DNA from: Bryobacterales bacterium
Lineage (GTDB): Bacteria; Acidobacteriota; Terriglobia; Bryobacterales; Bryobacteraceae
Length of the DNA: 64,000 nt
NCBI GenBank assembly: GCA_963708385.1
Contig: CAVPSN010000017.1
Span: 136,825-200,824, forward strand
Direction of reading: 5' to 3'
In this document: positions 1 to 9,743 of the stretch, piece after piece
Position numbering within the stretch: the first letter of the stretch is position 1
Layout of the letters: each line of letters opens with the position of its first letter
Program-made: the position numbers and the translations under genes
Notes under the pieces: model-generated
Told to the model about the DNA's origin: nothing
Seen by the model: only the letters and a program-made list of their open reading frames with translations
Databases searched by the model: none

Positions 1-143
1 CGCTCGGTTACTGTCTTCTGACTCAGGCGCGACTGCGGGAAACTCACAATAGAGTGGGCGGCGAGACTGGCGGAGCGATGGGCGGCATACTGAAACTCGC
101 CGCTCATCGCTCGCGTCCGTTGGAGGACTATTCCGGAGGCACT

Positions 144-898
144 TCAGGAACCGGGCTTCTCGCGCTTCTCTGGCGCCACCTCGACGATGACTTCCGGAGC
201 CGGCTTCTGCTTCGTCTTTGCCTTGTCCGGAGCTACCTCGACGATCGGCTTTTCGCGAGGTTCGGGAGCAACCTCGGGTTTAGGCTTGCGTTCAGGCGCA
301 ACCTCTACGATTACTTCGGGGGCTACTTCGGGCCTAATCTCCGGCCGGATTTCGGTTTTGATCTCTGGACCGATTTCGGGTCTGATTTCGGGCCGGATCT
401 CGGGTTTCACTTCGGGCCGAATTTCAGGTTTGATCTCAGGCCGAATCTCGGGCTTGATCTCCGGCCGGATTTCGGGTTTGACTTCAGGTCGGATCTCAGG
501 CTTGATCTCAGGGCGGATTTCGGGTTTGATCTCGGGCCGAATCTCAGGCTTGATCTCAGGGCGAATCTCGGGCTTGATTTCAGGCCGAATCTCGGGCTTG
601 ATCTCAGGCCGGATCTCGGGCTTGATCTCAGGCCGGATCTCGGGCTTGATCTCAGGCCGGATCTCGGGCTTGATCTCAGGCCGGATCTCGGGCTTGATCT
701 CGGGCTGATCTCGGGCTTGATCTCCGGGCCGATCTCCGGCCGGATTTCAGAAGGTCCTCCGGGTTTGGTCTCCGGCGCAACTTCGACTACGACCTCCGAG
801 TACGGCGCATCGCGCTTGACCCTCTCAGGAGCAACCTCTGGCCGCACATTGGGAGGCAGTTTCGATTTCTTTTCCTGTGGCTTCTCGTCTTCTTTCAT
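144..898 (-). CDS. Pro/Glu-rich tetrapeptide tandem-repeat protein, about 252 aa. It is split into ORF pieces 407..898 and 144..410 by a 1-bp gap in the repeat near 705 (ggctgatc versus the consensus ggcttgatc). N-terminus MKEDEKPQEKK..., core of about 30 PEI(K/R) repeats, C-terminus rich in PEVAPEV/IVEVAP.
   Basis: The minus-strand frame of the 12/24-bp tandem repeat reads PEIRPEIK without stops from about 746 down to 144. The ATG at 896-898 has a GGAG 8 nt upstream. The plus-strand 283-aa GLISGRIS ORF is the antisense shadow. There is no signal peptide. Confidence 0.55.
290..745. repeat. Coding tandem repeat with a 12-bp basic period and a 24-bp higher-order unit (ggcttgatctca ggccggatctcg). 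Copies are near-perfect at 600-700 and degenerate toward 290.
   Basis: Direct reading of the sequence. Four or more identical 24-mers, flanked by diverged copies. Confidence 0.85.
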
Positions 899-924
899 GG
901 CTTAATCTCCAAGCTCAACTCGGT

Positions 925-3837
925 TCACGACGCGATTGAATATGGCCCATTCGCACGGGCCGCCAGGGGTTCCTTGAACATACCGAAATGGGAATGAAGC
1001 TCGAGCACCGCGGCAAGCGAATGCTGCACGAAATCGAGGCGCACTTCGCTTGCGGTCAGGCTGCGCCGCAGGCCGCCCAGCGCGTAACTGGGACTGGGCA
1101 GCATGGCTCCGTGTTCGGGGCGAATCACCAACTGCCGCAGGAAACGAAAGCCATTCTCGCAGGCGCCGATGCAGGTCCGATAACGCTCGTTATCGCCGAG
1201 GTCATGAGCGAGACGGGCGGCTGCCGCGAGACCCTCAACGTAGAGTGCCGTTGTATAACCGGGACCGTCGTGCTGGTGCCGATTGATGAAGCCACCAGTT
1301 CGCTCGAGTTGGACTTCGCGAATCCAATCCGCAATTTCAAAAACTAACTCGGCCCACTCGGGTTGACGGGTAACTTCCCACCACAATCGTCCCGCCTGCA
1401 TCAGCCAGGAGACTTGCCCGAAATTCCGCTTATAGCGATACCGGTGTCTGTAATAGAGGAAAGCTCGACGGATCTTGGTCTCATCGCACGCGGACAGACC
1501 CGCCAGTACTGATGCCGCCAGCGCGAGCATGGTCTGGCCCGGGAAGTAATCCTGATATTCGTCGGGACCCGCGTCCTCTTCCCGATGCGTCGCGATGCGG
1601 CCGTGCGGGCCAATGCGGGACCACAACATGGCGGCGATTCCGGCGGCGCGAGTGCGTCTCTCGTCATCGAGACTGAGTTCCGTCAGAGCCAGCAGGACGA
1701 AGGATAGCTCCGAAACGGAAGGCGCATTGCCCTCCTGCTCCATCCAAAGCCCCGCCGCTGTTTCGTGGATTTTTGCGAGCTGGGAATCGAGCATCGTATC
1801 CGCGCTTTCAAAGGCCTTGCGCTGCGACAGCGCGCGCGCCGCCCGCATCAAAACCCAGGCCAGGTGCGCGTCGCGCGGGGCACTGTTCCCGCGGTAGATC
1901 CAGTTCTGGAAGGGCTCATAACAAGAGTAAGTCGCGCCCTCCGGCAGGATATTACGAATCAGATATGGAACCTGCCAATCCACAAGTTGGCGTAATGCGT
2001 CTTCGAAGCGGTACTCGCCGTCCGGTTGCCGGAAGCCGTGCTCCAGTACCTCGACGCCATGCCAATCGGCCAGCCAAGTAGCGCAATCGTACCGGATCCA
2101 TCGATAGGGCGCGCGCGTAATGCCGGCTTTATCGACCACTTCGGCGACGAAGCCTGCGGAACTGAGGCTATTCCGAATGGCGACGAATGGCAGCAACATT
2201 CCCCGGCGCGAATTCTGCTCCACCTCGAGCGCTTGATTGCCGAGACGGAAGCGAGGCTCCACTTCCTCCGGCGACATCTCACCCAGCACGAGGCGATTGA
2301 ACAGGAGAGATACGGTGACGGCAATACGTTCCGGCCGATCCCGTTCCGAGGTGTCGTTTTGCTCGAAGCGTTGGTCGTTCAGCGCGGCCTCCACAAGCAA
2401 TCGAAGATCGCGTTCGGGATCCGCGACAGCGGAGCCGGCGCATCCGGATAACCGGCCGTCAAGATAAACCGTGACATAAAGCGAGTGGAGCGCGCCGGGC
2501 AATAGATCGCGTGGAAGGGGTGGCTCCGCTTCAGGTGGTCCCAATAATATGGCTTGCGCCATGTCGCGGGCGCGCTGCGCAACCGTGCCGCCGATAGCGC
2601 GGCGCGCGTGCCATTCATGCCGTTGCGGAACGGGAACACCTGAGGGCTGCCAATTAACGCCTGGCTCAACGGCCTTCTGCAGATCGTGGCGGTACAACAC
2701 GTACGGCTCGAAGCTGTAAAGACGCGCGTTTTTCTCGTGTGCGTGGCGAAACTGCTCCCACTCATTGCCGATGCCGGGCATGCGCGGAAGAGCCCCGCCC
2801 ATCTGTGACGGGCGCTCACGGCTGCAGACTACGATTCCGTAACGGTCATTATCGAGCTGGCCTGGGTGGCATTCTTCGAGCGGCCCGAAGAACGTAACTG
2901 CGATGTGACTGCGCTCGAGAACGCTGAGCGCTTTGTCGGCGGCGCCCAGGGATTTGGCGGTCTTCAGCGCCGCCGTCAGAATGCTTTCCGGAGTGGGCGG
3001 CGAGGGTTCGCCGGGGAAGATCCAGAAACCGTCGCGCGCGTGGCGCAGATAGATTTCGTCGCGGTCGCGCAGGCTTACCCACGCGCCGCCGCGCGAATCG
3101 TAATCGCCGTCAAGGTACTGGGGAGCGCGAGGCAATCTGCCGCAACGGAGATAGGCATCCATGCCGAGCCGCGCCAGTTGGGCGGGGTGAAGACCATCCG
3201 GCGCCTGTTGATCGTCCCAGGGAATCTCATCGATATACCGCGTCGGGTTCCGGTCCACTTTTGGCTCATCGTCCATGTTTTCCATCACGTCCTGAAAAAC
3301 ATCGAAGACGGCTTCCATGTGATAGCCTCGTTCGCGCATACGCGCGAAGCCCGCGTCCCAACCGAAACGTACCAGGACAAGGCCGCCTTCGACCCGCAGG
3401 CCCGCTTCCTCCAGATACACCGTGCCTTCGCGCATGGAAAGTCCCGAACTTACGGAATCGTCCAGAAGGATGGCGGGTTCATCCAAATCGATGCGGCCCT
3501 CGATGCGTTTGACCGAGCCGTGAGCTTTCTTCTCCTTGCGAACGATTAGTCCGTGATAGCGATTCCCCGATTGCAGAATCACCGACTGCATCAGCGGAAT
3601 GCCAGTGGTTCCGTAGGTTGCGATCTGGCGGCCGTCGAACTTTTCCAGGAGCGCGAGAAGACAACGTCCCGCCAGAAGCGCGCCGCGCGGATTCATACTC
3701 ACCGAAAGGGTGTCCAGCATCCAGCGCGCGGAGGAGCCATCGCGCGAAAGTATAGGCTGAGTGGGAGAGCGGTGCAGGATCCCGTCCCGCAGGATTAACT
3801 GCAGCAGTTCGTCGCGTTCTGAAACGGCGTAGTTCAT
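925..3837 (-). CDS. 970-aa multidomain fusion. The N-terminus is a type I phosphoribosyltransferase-like domain, the centre an AMMECR1-like domain, and the C-terminus an alpha/alpha-toroid-like domain of about 350 aa.
   Basis: PRPP-loop-like motif AILLDDSVSSGLS. AMMECR1-like motifs LYVTVYLDGRLSGCAGS (compare LRGCIG), NDQRF (compare DPRF) and RGMLLPFVAI. The start is 3 nt after the stop of the upstream radical SAM gene. The ORF is uninterrupted over 2.9 kb. Confidence 0.65.
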   Translation of the reverse strand: MNYAVSERDELLQLILRDGILHRSPTQPILSRDGSSARWMLDTLSVSMNPRGALLAGRCLLALLEKFDGRQIATYGTTGIPLMQSVILQSGNRYHGLIVRKEKKAHGSVKRIEGRIDLDEPAILLDDSVSSGLSMREGTVYLEEAGLRVEGGLVLVRFGWDAGFARMRERGYHMEAVFDVFQDVMENMDDEPKVDRNPTRYIDEIPWDDQQAPDGLHPAQLARLGMDAYLRCGRLPRAPQYLDGDYDSRGGAWVSLRDRDEIYLRHARDGFWIFPGEPSPPTPESILTAALKTAKSLGAADKALSVLERSHIAVTFFGPLEECHPGQLDNDRYGIVVCSRERPSQMGGALPRMPGIGNEWEQFRHAHEKNARLYSFEPYVLYRHDLQKAVEPGVNWQPSGVPVPQRHEWHARRAIGGTVAQRARDMAQAILLGPPEAEPPLPRDLLPGALHSLYVTVYLDGRLSGCAGSAVADPERDLRLLVEAALNDQRFEQNDTSERDRPERIAVTVSLLFNRLVLGEMSPEEVEPRFRLGNQALEVEQNSRRGMLLPFVAIRNSLSSAGFVAEVVDKAGITRAPYRWIRYDCATWLADWHGVEVLEHGFRQPDGEYRFEDALRQLVDWQVPYLIRNILPEGATYSCYEPFQNWIYRGNSAPRDAHLAWVLMRAARALSQRKAFESADTMLDSQLAKIHETAAGLWMEQEGNAPSVSELSFVLLALTELSLDDERRTRAAGIAAMLWSRIGPHGRIATHREEDAGPDEYQDYFPGQTMLALAASVLAGLSACDETKIRRAFLYYRHRYRYKRNFGQVSWLMQAGRLWWEVTRQPEWAELVFEIADWIREVQLERTGGFINRHQHDGPGYTTALYVEGLAAAARLAHDLGDNERYRTCIGACENGFRFLRQLVIRPEHGAMLPSPSYALGGLRRSLTASEVRLDFVQHSLAAVLELHSHFGMFKEPLAARANGPYSIAS

Positions 3838-3840
3838 CGG

Positions 3841-5772
3841 TTAGGCGATGCGGACCAGGCGATCGTCACGATCCGGGCTATCTGACGTTGTAACTTCTGA
3901 CGAAGGAGCGATGGCGTTCAGAGATAAATCGAAATCGGGGTTTTCCGGAAGCGCGAGGCTGAGATAACGGCCGTCGAGGAATAGCATCAGGTCGAGAGAG
4001 AGAAATTCCGCGAGGGCCGCTTCGATCCAGGGCTCGGGGCCGAACTGCCGGTGAAGCTGTTGCATAGTCCGAGCGTCGGCGCAGAATTCGTAGAGATCGG
4101 CATTTTCATCGCTAAAACGCCACTCGCGAACCTGACGCGAGCGACCATCCTCGATGACGATGCTGGACCATGCTTTTCGATAACGCAGGAAGGGGCGCTT
4201 CGCTCTCACCGCCCACCGGTCCTGCCAGACTCCGACGCGCGCGAATAGCTCGTCGTACTCCTGGTCTGGAACCGTGGCTGTCATTTCGTGATCGAAGTAA
4301 TAAGAGACGCGCGTGAGATCGAATTCGCCTTGCGGAAAGATGTAGTCATAGCAGCGCGAGGGTGTCATCTTCACGATGCTTTGGGATTTCGGGTCCGAAT
4401 ACATGGGCGAGCCACGGTCGGCGCGCGCTTTGACGATGGCGTAGGGCGGCTGGAAGTGATGCAGCTTCGCGACGACCTTGCTCTGCAACTGGTAATCGTC
4501 CGCCGTCTCCCCTGGAAACTGTACCAGTATGTTATAGAGGTTATTAATACCGTAGTAAGTACACCACTTGACTAACTCTACATTGCGCATTCCGGTGGAT
4601 AGCTTGCGCATGATTTTGAGAATGTGGGTGGAAAAACTCTCAACGCCTGGCTGAACGGAATAGAGGCCGCCGCGCCGCATTCGGCCCAACTGGGTGCGGG
4701 AAAAGTTGGGCCGAATCTCATAATGCAGTTGGAAATCGCTGTTCGCGGCGGATAGTCTGCCGAATAGCTGTTCCGCATATTCGGGCGCCATGATGTTATC
4801 GATAGCGTTGAACTGAAAGACGCCATATTGGCGCGACAACGTTTCGATCTGTTCGATAACGCGTTCGGGGCTTTTGGCGCGAAACTCCATGCCCGAGCGA
4901 TTGAGACCGCAGAAGGTGCAATGATTCTTTTCGCCCCACCAGCATCCACGGGCGGCTTCAATCGGCAGCAGAACGTCGCGTGATCCATCGTACTGCTCGT
5001 AGCCGCCTTCGCGGCGCGCGTAAAAGTACTCGGTGAAATCCGGCGTAGGGGTTTCATCCATGGCGCTGAAATTCGGAGCCCGTCCCGCGAACTGGATTTC
5101 ACCGTCCTCGCGAAACATCAGGCCGCGCAATCCTCTTAGGGATTGACCTGCGTAGAGGCGCCGGACCATCTCTGGAAAGGAGATTTCGCCGTCGCCGCAG
5201 TGCATGTAGTCGATTTGTGGGCAGCGGCGAATCACTTCGCCCGCGATGTCGTCCTCGAGGCTCGCGCCGCCCATGATGACAGGCAGGTCGGGATGCTTGC
5301 GTTTCAGGGCGCGAGCGAGGGCGAGACTGGAAAGCAATTGCTGGAATACTACGCTGAAGCCAACCAATCCAAAGCGGCTCCAATCGATGGCGTCGACGCA
5401 GAAATCGATGAACGCGGGCGCCGCATGGTCCCGGATGGCAATCAGATCTTCGCGCGAGCAGCCGGCAGTGCGACAGATAGCGTCGAAGCTGCGGCTGTAG
5501 AGCCTGAAATATTCGTCGTCCTGCTCTTTTGAGGCTATTTCGCCGAAGGCAGCTTTACTCCAGATCCATTCGCCGGCCATGCAGGGCCAGACGTCCGAGA
5601 GAGCCTCGCTGACTCGCCACCCCACGTGCGCGCCGAAGTACATGAACAGGGAGAAGGCCTGGGCGGGAATGCCGGCCTTTTCGAGCGTCGGCTTCAATAA
5701 GGCGAGTTGGAAGGAGGGATACCTGGCGGACAACGCCGGCATGCTGATCAGCGCGACTGGCTTCGGGTCCAT
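3841..5772 (-). CDS. Cobalamin-binding-domain radical SAM protein (class B-like), possibly of the RiPP-maturase type.
   Basis: N-terminal Rossmann/B12-like domain (KPVALISMP..., VIMGGASLEDD), then the radical SAM core ARGCWWGEKNHCTFCGLN with unusual CX7CX2C spacing. No C-terminal Cys-rich SPASM region. The ORF is intact. Confidence 0.7.
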   Translation of the reverse strand: MDPKPVALISMPALSARYPSFQLALLKPTLEKAGIPAQAFSLFMYFGAHVGWRVSEALSDVWPCMAGEWIWSKAAFGEIASKEQDDEYFRLYSRSFDAICRTAGCSREDLIAIRDHAAPAFIDFCVDAIDWSRFGLVGFSVVFQQLLSSLALARALKRKHPDLPVIMGGASLEDDIAGEVIRRCPQIDYMHCGDGEISFPEMVRRLYAGQSLRGLRGLMFREDGEIQFAGRAPNFSAMDETPTPDFTEYFYARREGGYEQYDGSRDVLLPIEAARGCWWGEKNHCTFCGLNRSGMEFRAKSPERVIEQIETLSRQYGVFQFNAIDNIMAPEYAEQLFGRLSAANSDFQLHYEIRPNFSRTQLGRMRRGGLYSVQPGVESFSTHILKIMRKLSTGMRNVELVKWCTYYGINNLYNILVQFPGETADDYQLQSKVVAKLHHFQPPYAIVKARADRGSPMYSDPKSQSIVKMTPSRCYDYIFPQGEFDLTRVSYYFDHEMTATVPDQEYDELFARVGVWQDRWAVRAKRPFLRYRKAWSSIVIEDGRSRQVREWRFSDENADLYEFCADARTMQQLHRQFGPEPWIEAALAEFLSLDLMLFLDGRYLSLALPENPDFDLSLNAIAPSSEVTTSDSPDRDDRLVRIA

Positions 5773-6242
5773 AACCGATCGACCGCACTGGGCGCCGCGC
5801 AATTCGATTGGGTCCCGGCGCAGCGTAAATTAGTATAGTTTCGGGCCGATGCGAATGCAATGATCTTTTGGACTGGGATGCCGAGGCGATTAGACCGGTC
5901 CCGGACGCGAGCCGCGGCCGGCGCCGTTTGATGGGGAGCGAGGCTCTGTGCACTTCACTTCATGACGGCGACTCGGCGCAGTTGTGAGATTGGAGCCCAT
6001 GCTCCTGCGCAGGGCCTTCGCGGGTGCTGAGAACGGAAAGGGGCAAGGTACGATTCCATACACGTGCCATCGAGCGGAGCATCATGGCATTGAATTGAGG
6101 GCGTTAGAAAACTTGCCTCCGCTCTGTTTGCGCATTGCTTCTTCCATCGGCTAAAGCTTTAAGGTGCTGCGCAGCACCCATCGGCTCTTCTTTTACGAGG
6201 ATCCCGTTTTGTGTTTTCGCGCGCTGTACATTCGTAACCGCA

Positions 6243-6291
6243 ACGTACTGCATATAGATAAAATTCTTGACGGGCCCCTATATATTGGGGC
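6243..6291 (+). promoter_or_regulatory. Putative nrdJ promoter/operator. TTGACG at 6267-6272 is followed by the 16-bp palindrome CCCCTATATATTGGGG (NrdR-box-like). A second imperfect ATATAG element lies about 29 bp upstream.
   Basis: AT-rich island in a GC-rich genome, directly upstream of the nrdJ RBS GAAGGAG. The palindrome resembles the NrdR box consensus, which is centred on TATATA. Confidence 0.35.
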
Positions 6292-6333
6292 AAGATTACG
6301 AAGTCGTCTCGTTTTGAGAGGAAGGAGCATTAC

Positions 6334-9178
6334 ATGGGACAACTGGCCGTCGGACTTGCGAAAATGGAAGTATTGGAACCGCAAACTACAACAAAAACAA
6401 AGGCCGGAATCGCGTTTCCGCGCTATTTTACCGCCCGCTTGGAAGCCGGCAAGACGCCCTACGACGAGGTGCAGTGGGAAACCCGCACCGCCTCGATCGG
6501 CAACGATAAAGGCTCGGTGATCTTCGAGCAGCGCGACATGGAGGCTCCCGCCGACTGGTCGCAGACCGCCACCAACATCGTCGCCAGCAAGTATTTCTAC
6601 GGCAAGCTCGGGTTCGCCCGAGCGCGAAACGAGCGTGGCGCAACTGGTGGAGCGCGTGGTGGACACCATCGCCGACTGGGGCAAGAAGGACGGCTATTTC
6701 AAGACCGACGCCGACGCCGAGAATTTCCGCTTCGAACTGGCGCACCTGATGCTCACGCAGAAGGCGTGCTTCAATTCGCCGGTATGGTTCAACGTGGGCG
6801 TGAAGGAGACGCGCGGCTACGGCTGGATCTACGACCAAGAAGCCGACGCGGTGAAGAAGCTGGAATCGGGCGAGCTGCGTCCGCAATGCTCGGCGTGCTT
6901 CATCGTTTCGGTGAAGGATTCGCTGGAATCGATTCTCGATCTGGCCAAGACCGAGGGCATGCTCTTCAAGTGGGGCTCGGGAACGGGCACGAACCTCTCG
7001 GCGCTGCGCGAGGAGGATGCGGTGCTTTCGGGCGGCGGGCGCGCCTCGGGACCGCTCTCGTTCATGAAGGGCTTCGATGCGTTCGCGGGCGTGATCAAAT
7101 CGGGCGGCAAGACGCGGCGCGCGGCCAAGATGGTGATCCTCAACGCGGACCATCCGGACATCGAGAAGTTCATCTGGTGCAAGGCGAAGGAAGAGAAGAA
7201 GGCCTACACGCTGGTGGAGGCGGGCTACGACTCTTCGCTCGATGGCGACGCCTACAGCTCGATCTTCTTCCAGAACGCCAACAATTCCGTGCGCGCCACC
7301 GACGAGTTCATGGAAGCGGTGGCGACGGACGGCGAGTGGTGGACCAAGGCCGTGGCCGGCGGCGAGCAAGCTGAAGCGCTATCAAGGCGCGCGACCTGAT
7401 GCGCCAGATCGCCGAAGCCACGCACCAGTGCGGCGACCCCGGCATGCAGTTCGATACCACGGTGAACCGCTGGCATCCGTGCAAGAACACGGCGCGGATC
7501 AACGCTTCGAACCCGTGCTCGGAGTACATGTTCCTGGACGATTCGGCGTGCAATCTGTCGTCGCTGAACCTGATGAAGTTCGTGGGGCCGGACGGCCAGT
7601 TCGACGTGGAGGCGTTCCGCCACGCGGTGGATACGATGATCATGGCGCAGGAGATCATCGTCGATAACGCCAGCTATCCGACGCAGAAGATCGGCGAGAA
7701 CTCGCACAACTTCCGGCCGCTGGGGCTGGGGTTCGCGAACCTGGGCGCGCTGCTGATGTCGATGGGCATTCCCTACGACAGCGACCAGGGCCGCGACATC
7801 GCGGGCGCCATTACGGCGGTGATGTGCGGCCAGGCGTATCTGACCAGCGCGCGCATTGCCGGAACCACCGGGCCGTTCCCCGGCTATGCGGAGAACGAGC
7901 AGCCGTTCCTCGAAGTGATCCGCATGCATCGCGATTCGGTGAGCCGCATCAACCGGCGCAACGTCCCGACGGCGCTTTATCAGAGGCGCGCAGCAGTGCT
8001 GGGACGACGCCTACGAATCGGGCCGGCGCAACGGCTATCGCAACGGCGCAGGTGACGGTGATCGCGCCGACCGGGACGATCGGCTTCATGATGGATTGCG
8101 ACACGACGGGCATCGAGCCCGATCTGGCGCTGATCAAGTACAAGAAGCTGGTGGGCGGCGGCGTGATCAAGATCGTGAACAACACGGTGCCGCAGGCGCT
8201 GATCAAGCTGGGCTACTCGCCGGAGCAGGTGGAGCAGATCGTCAGCCACATCGATTCGACGGGGACGATCGAGGGCGCGCCGCACTTGAAGACCGGAGCA
8301 TCTGGCGGTGTTCGATTGCAGCTTCCGGCCGCAGAACGGGACGCGGTCGATCCACTACATGGGCCACGTGCGCATGATGGCGGCGGTGCAGCCGTTCATT
8401 TCGGGCGCGATTTCGAAGACGATCAACATGCCCGAGGAGTGCACGGTGGAAGAGATCATGAGCGCCTACACCGAGAGCTGGAAGCTGGGGCTGAAGGCGG
8501 TGGCGATCTACCGCGACAACTCGAAGAAGGTGCAGCCGCTGAGTTCGGGCGCGGGCAAGGGCGAAAAGAAGGCCGCCACAGTGGCGGCGCCGACCGGGGC
8601 TACGGCGGACGAGGTCGTCGAGAAGGTGGTGTACCGGCCGGTGCGGCGCAAGCTGCCGGATGAGCGGCGGTCGATGACGCATAAGTTCTCGATCGGCGGC
8701 CACGAAGGCTACATCACGGTTGGCATGTACGACGACGGCGCGCCGGGCGAAATCTTCATCACGATGTCGAAGGAAGGCTCGACGATTTCGGGCCTGATGG
8801 ATGCGTTCGCGACGGCGGTCAGCTTCAACCTGCAGTACGGCGTGCCGCTGAAGTTCCTGGTGGACAAGTTCGCGCACGTGCGATTCGAGCCGAGCGGATG
8901 GACGGGCAATCCGCAGGTTCCGTACGCGAAGTCGATCATGGATTACATCTTCCGCTGGCTGGGCGCGAAGTTCCTGGGCGCGGAATACGCGGCTGACGGA
9001 AGCGGGCGAGACGCCGGCTGCTGCGGCCGACGGAGCCGGATCCGCAGCAGGCGCTGCCATTCGCACACCGGCGGCGGTGACGGATGCGCCGCTGTGCGCG
9101 GAGTGCGGGTCGATGATGACGCGCAACGGGAGTTGCTATAAGTGCGGGAACTGCGGCGGGACTAGCGGGTGTAGCTAG
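6334..9178 (+). pseudogene. nrdJ: Class II (adenosylcobalamin-dependent) ribonucleotide reductase NrdJ, readable only across six or more frameshifts (near 6620, 7375, 7990-8040, 8295 and 8995).
   Basis: Consecutive ORF pieces carry IVASKYFYGKLG, PQCSACFI, NPCSEY, APTGTIGFMMDCDTTGIEP, ISKTINMP and a C-terminal CxxC...CxxC zinc ribbon. Every frame switch falls within conserved sequence. Confidence 0.75.
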
Positions 9179-9298
9179 AGGCTAACTGACTCAATGCGGT
9201 GAGATCCCGACCTCGTCAGACAATGGGCGCGTTAATGTGGCCTCCTCATATCAAATGCTCCCAGTGGGGTATGTAGAATGGGAACACGAAGCTGAGGG

Positions 9299-9517
9299 AT
9301 GCGGATGCAGACGGATCTCGGGTTACAAAAAGAGTGGGAGGCTGAGTTCGAGGCGGCTGCCAAACGGCCTCTCCAACATCGCATGCGCTATGCATTCATC
9401 CACACGTATAAGCCTGTATTAGACGACGCCCGCTTCCGCGCTTTCGACACGATGGAGGAGTATCGCCAATGGTGTGACGCCAATCTGCCCGATTGGTTGG
9501 GTTATGGGCGCGTTTGA
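9299..9517 (+). CDS. Hypothetical small protein (72 aa). It could instead be joined to the open 90-aa extension upstream of the UxaA-family gene.
   Basis: ORF only; no motif recognised. Confidence 0.2.
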   Translation: MRMQTDLGLQKEWEAEFEAAAKRPLQHRMRYAFIHTYKPVLDDARFRAFDTMEEYRQWCDANLPDWLGYGRV

Positions 9518-9743
9518 TTATCGCCAGGCTGAAGAGATTCGCGACTCATTCGCGCGCCACGCGGTCCGGTATTTATTCATAGGTAAATCCGGAGCCATTC
9601 TGTCAGGTTATCCCGACACCACTCAGGATGCGGACGGTACGTCGAGAAGGAAATCACGCCGATTCGCTCAATCGGCTTCGCTGCCTTCCACACAACCGGC
9701 TTCGCCATTGTCCAATGCGTACAAGGGCGTTAAAGTAGTCTCG

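Noticed and set aside
290-745. Regular direct repeats that could be mistaken for a CRISPR array
   Set aside because: The units are contiguous with no spacers. They are in-frame coding repeats (PEIK/PEIR), and no cas genes are present.
54-905. 283-aa plus-strand ORF with GLISGRIS repeats, and its internal 173-aa ORF
   Set aside because: It is the antisense reading of the 12/24-bp tandem repeat. The minus strand gives a coherent protein with an RBS and start, in operon context.
3841-5802. Reading the rSAM enzyme as a canonical CX3CX2C SPASM-type RiPP maturase
   Set aside because: The spacing is CX7CX2C, and there is no C-terminal Cys-rich SPASM/twitch region, so I describe it only as a B12-domain rSAM.
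6428-7369. 313-aa minus-strand ORF, and similar long ORFs antisense to nrdJ (8242..9126), the matrixin/NHL region (12728..14692), the beta-helix gene (20052..21170), ubiD (22872..23876), flotillin (31226..32371) and the tricorn gene (46569..47804)
   Set aside because: These are shadow ORFs typical of about 65% GC DNA. They have Arg/Ala/Gly-rich low-complexity translations and lie opposite genes that carry strong family motifs.
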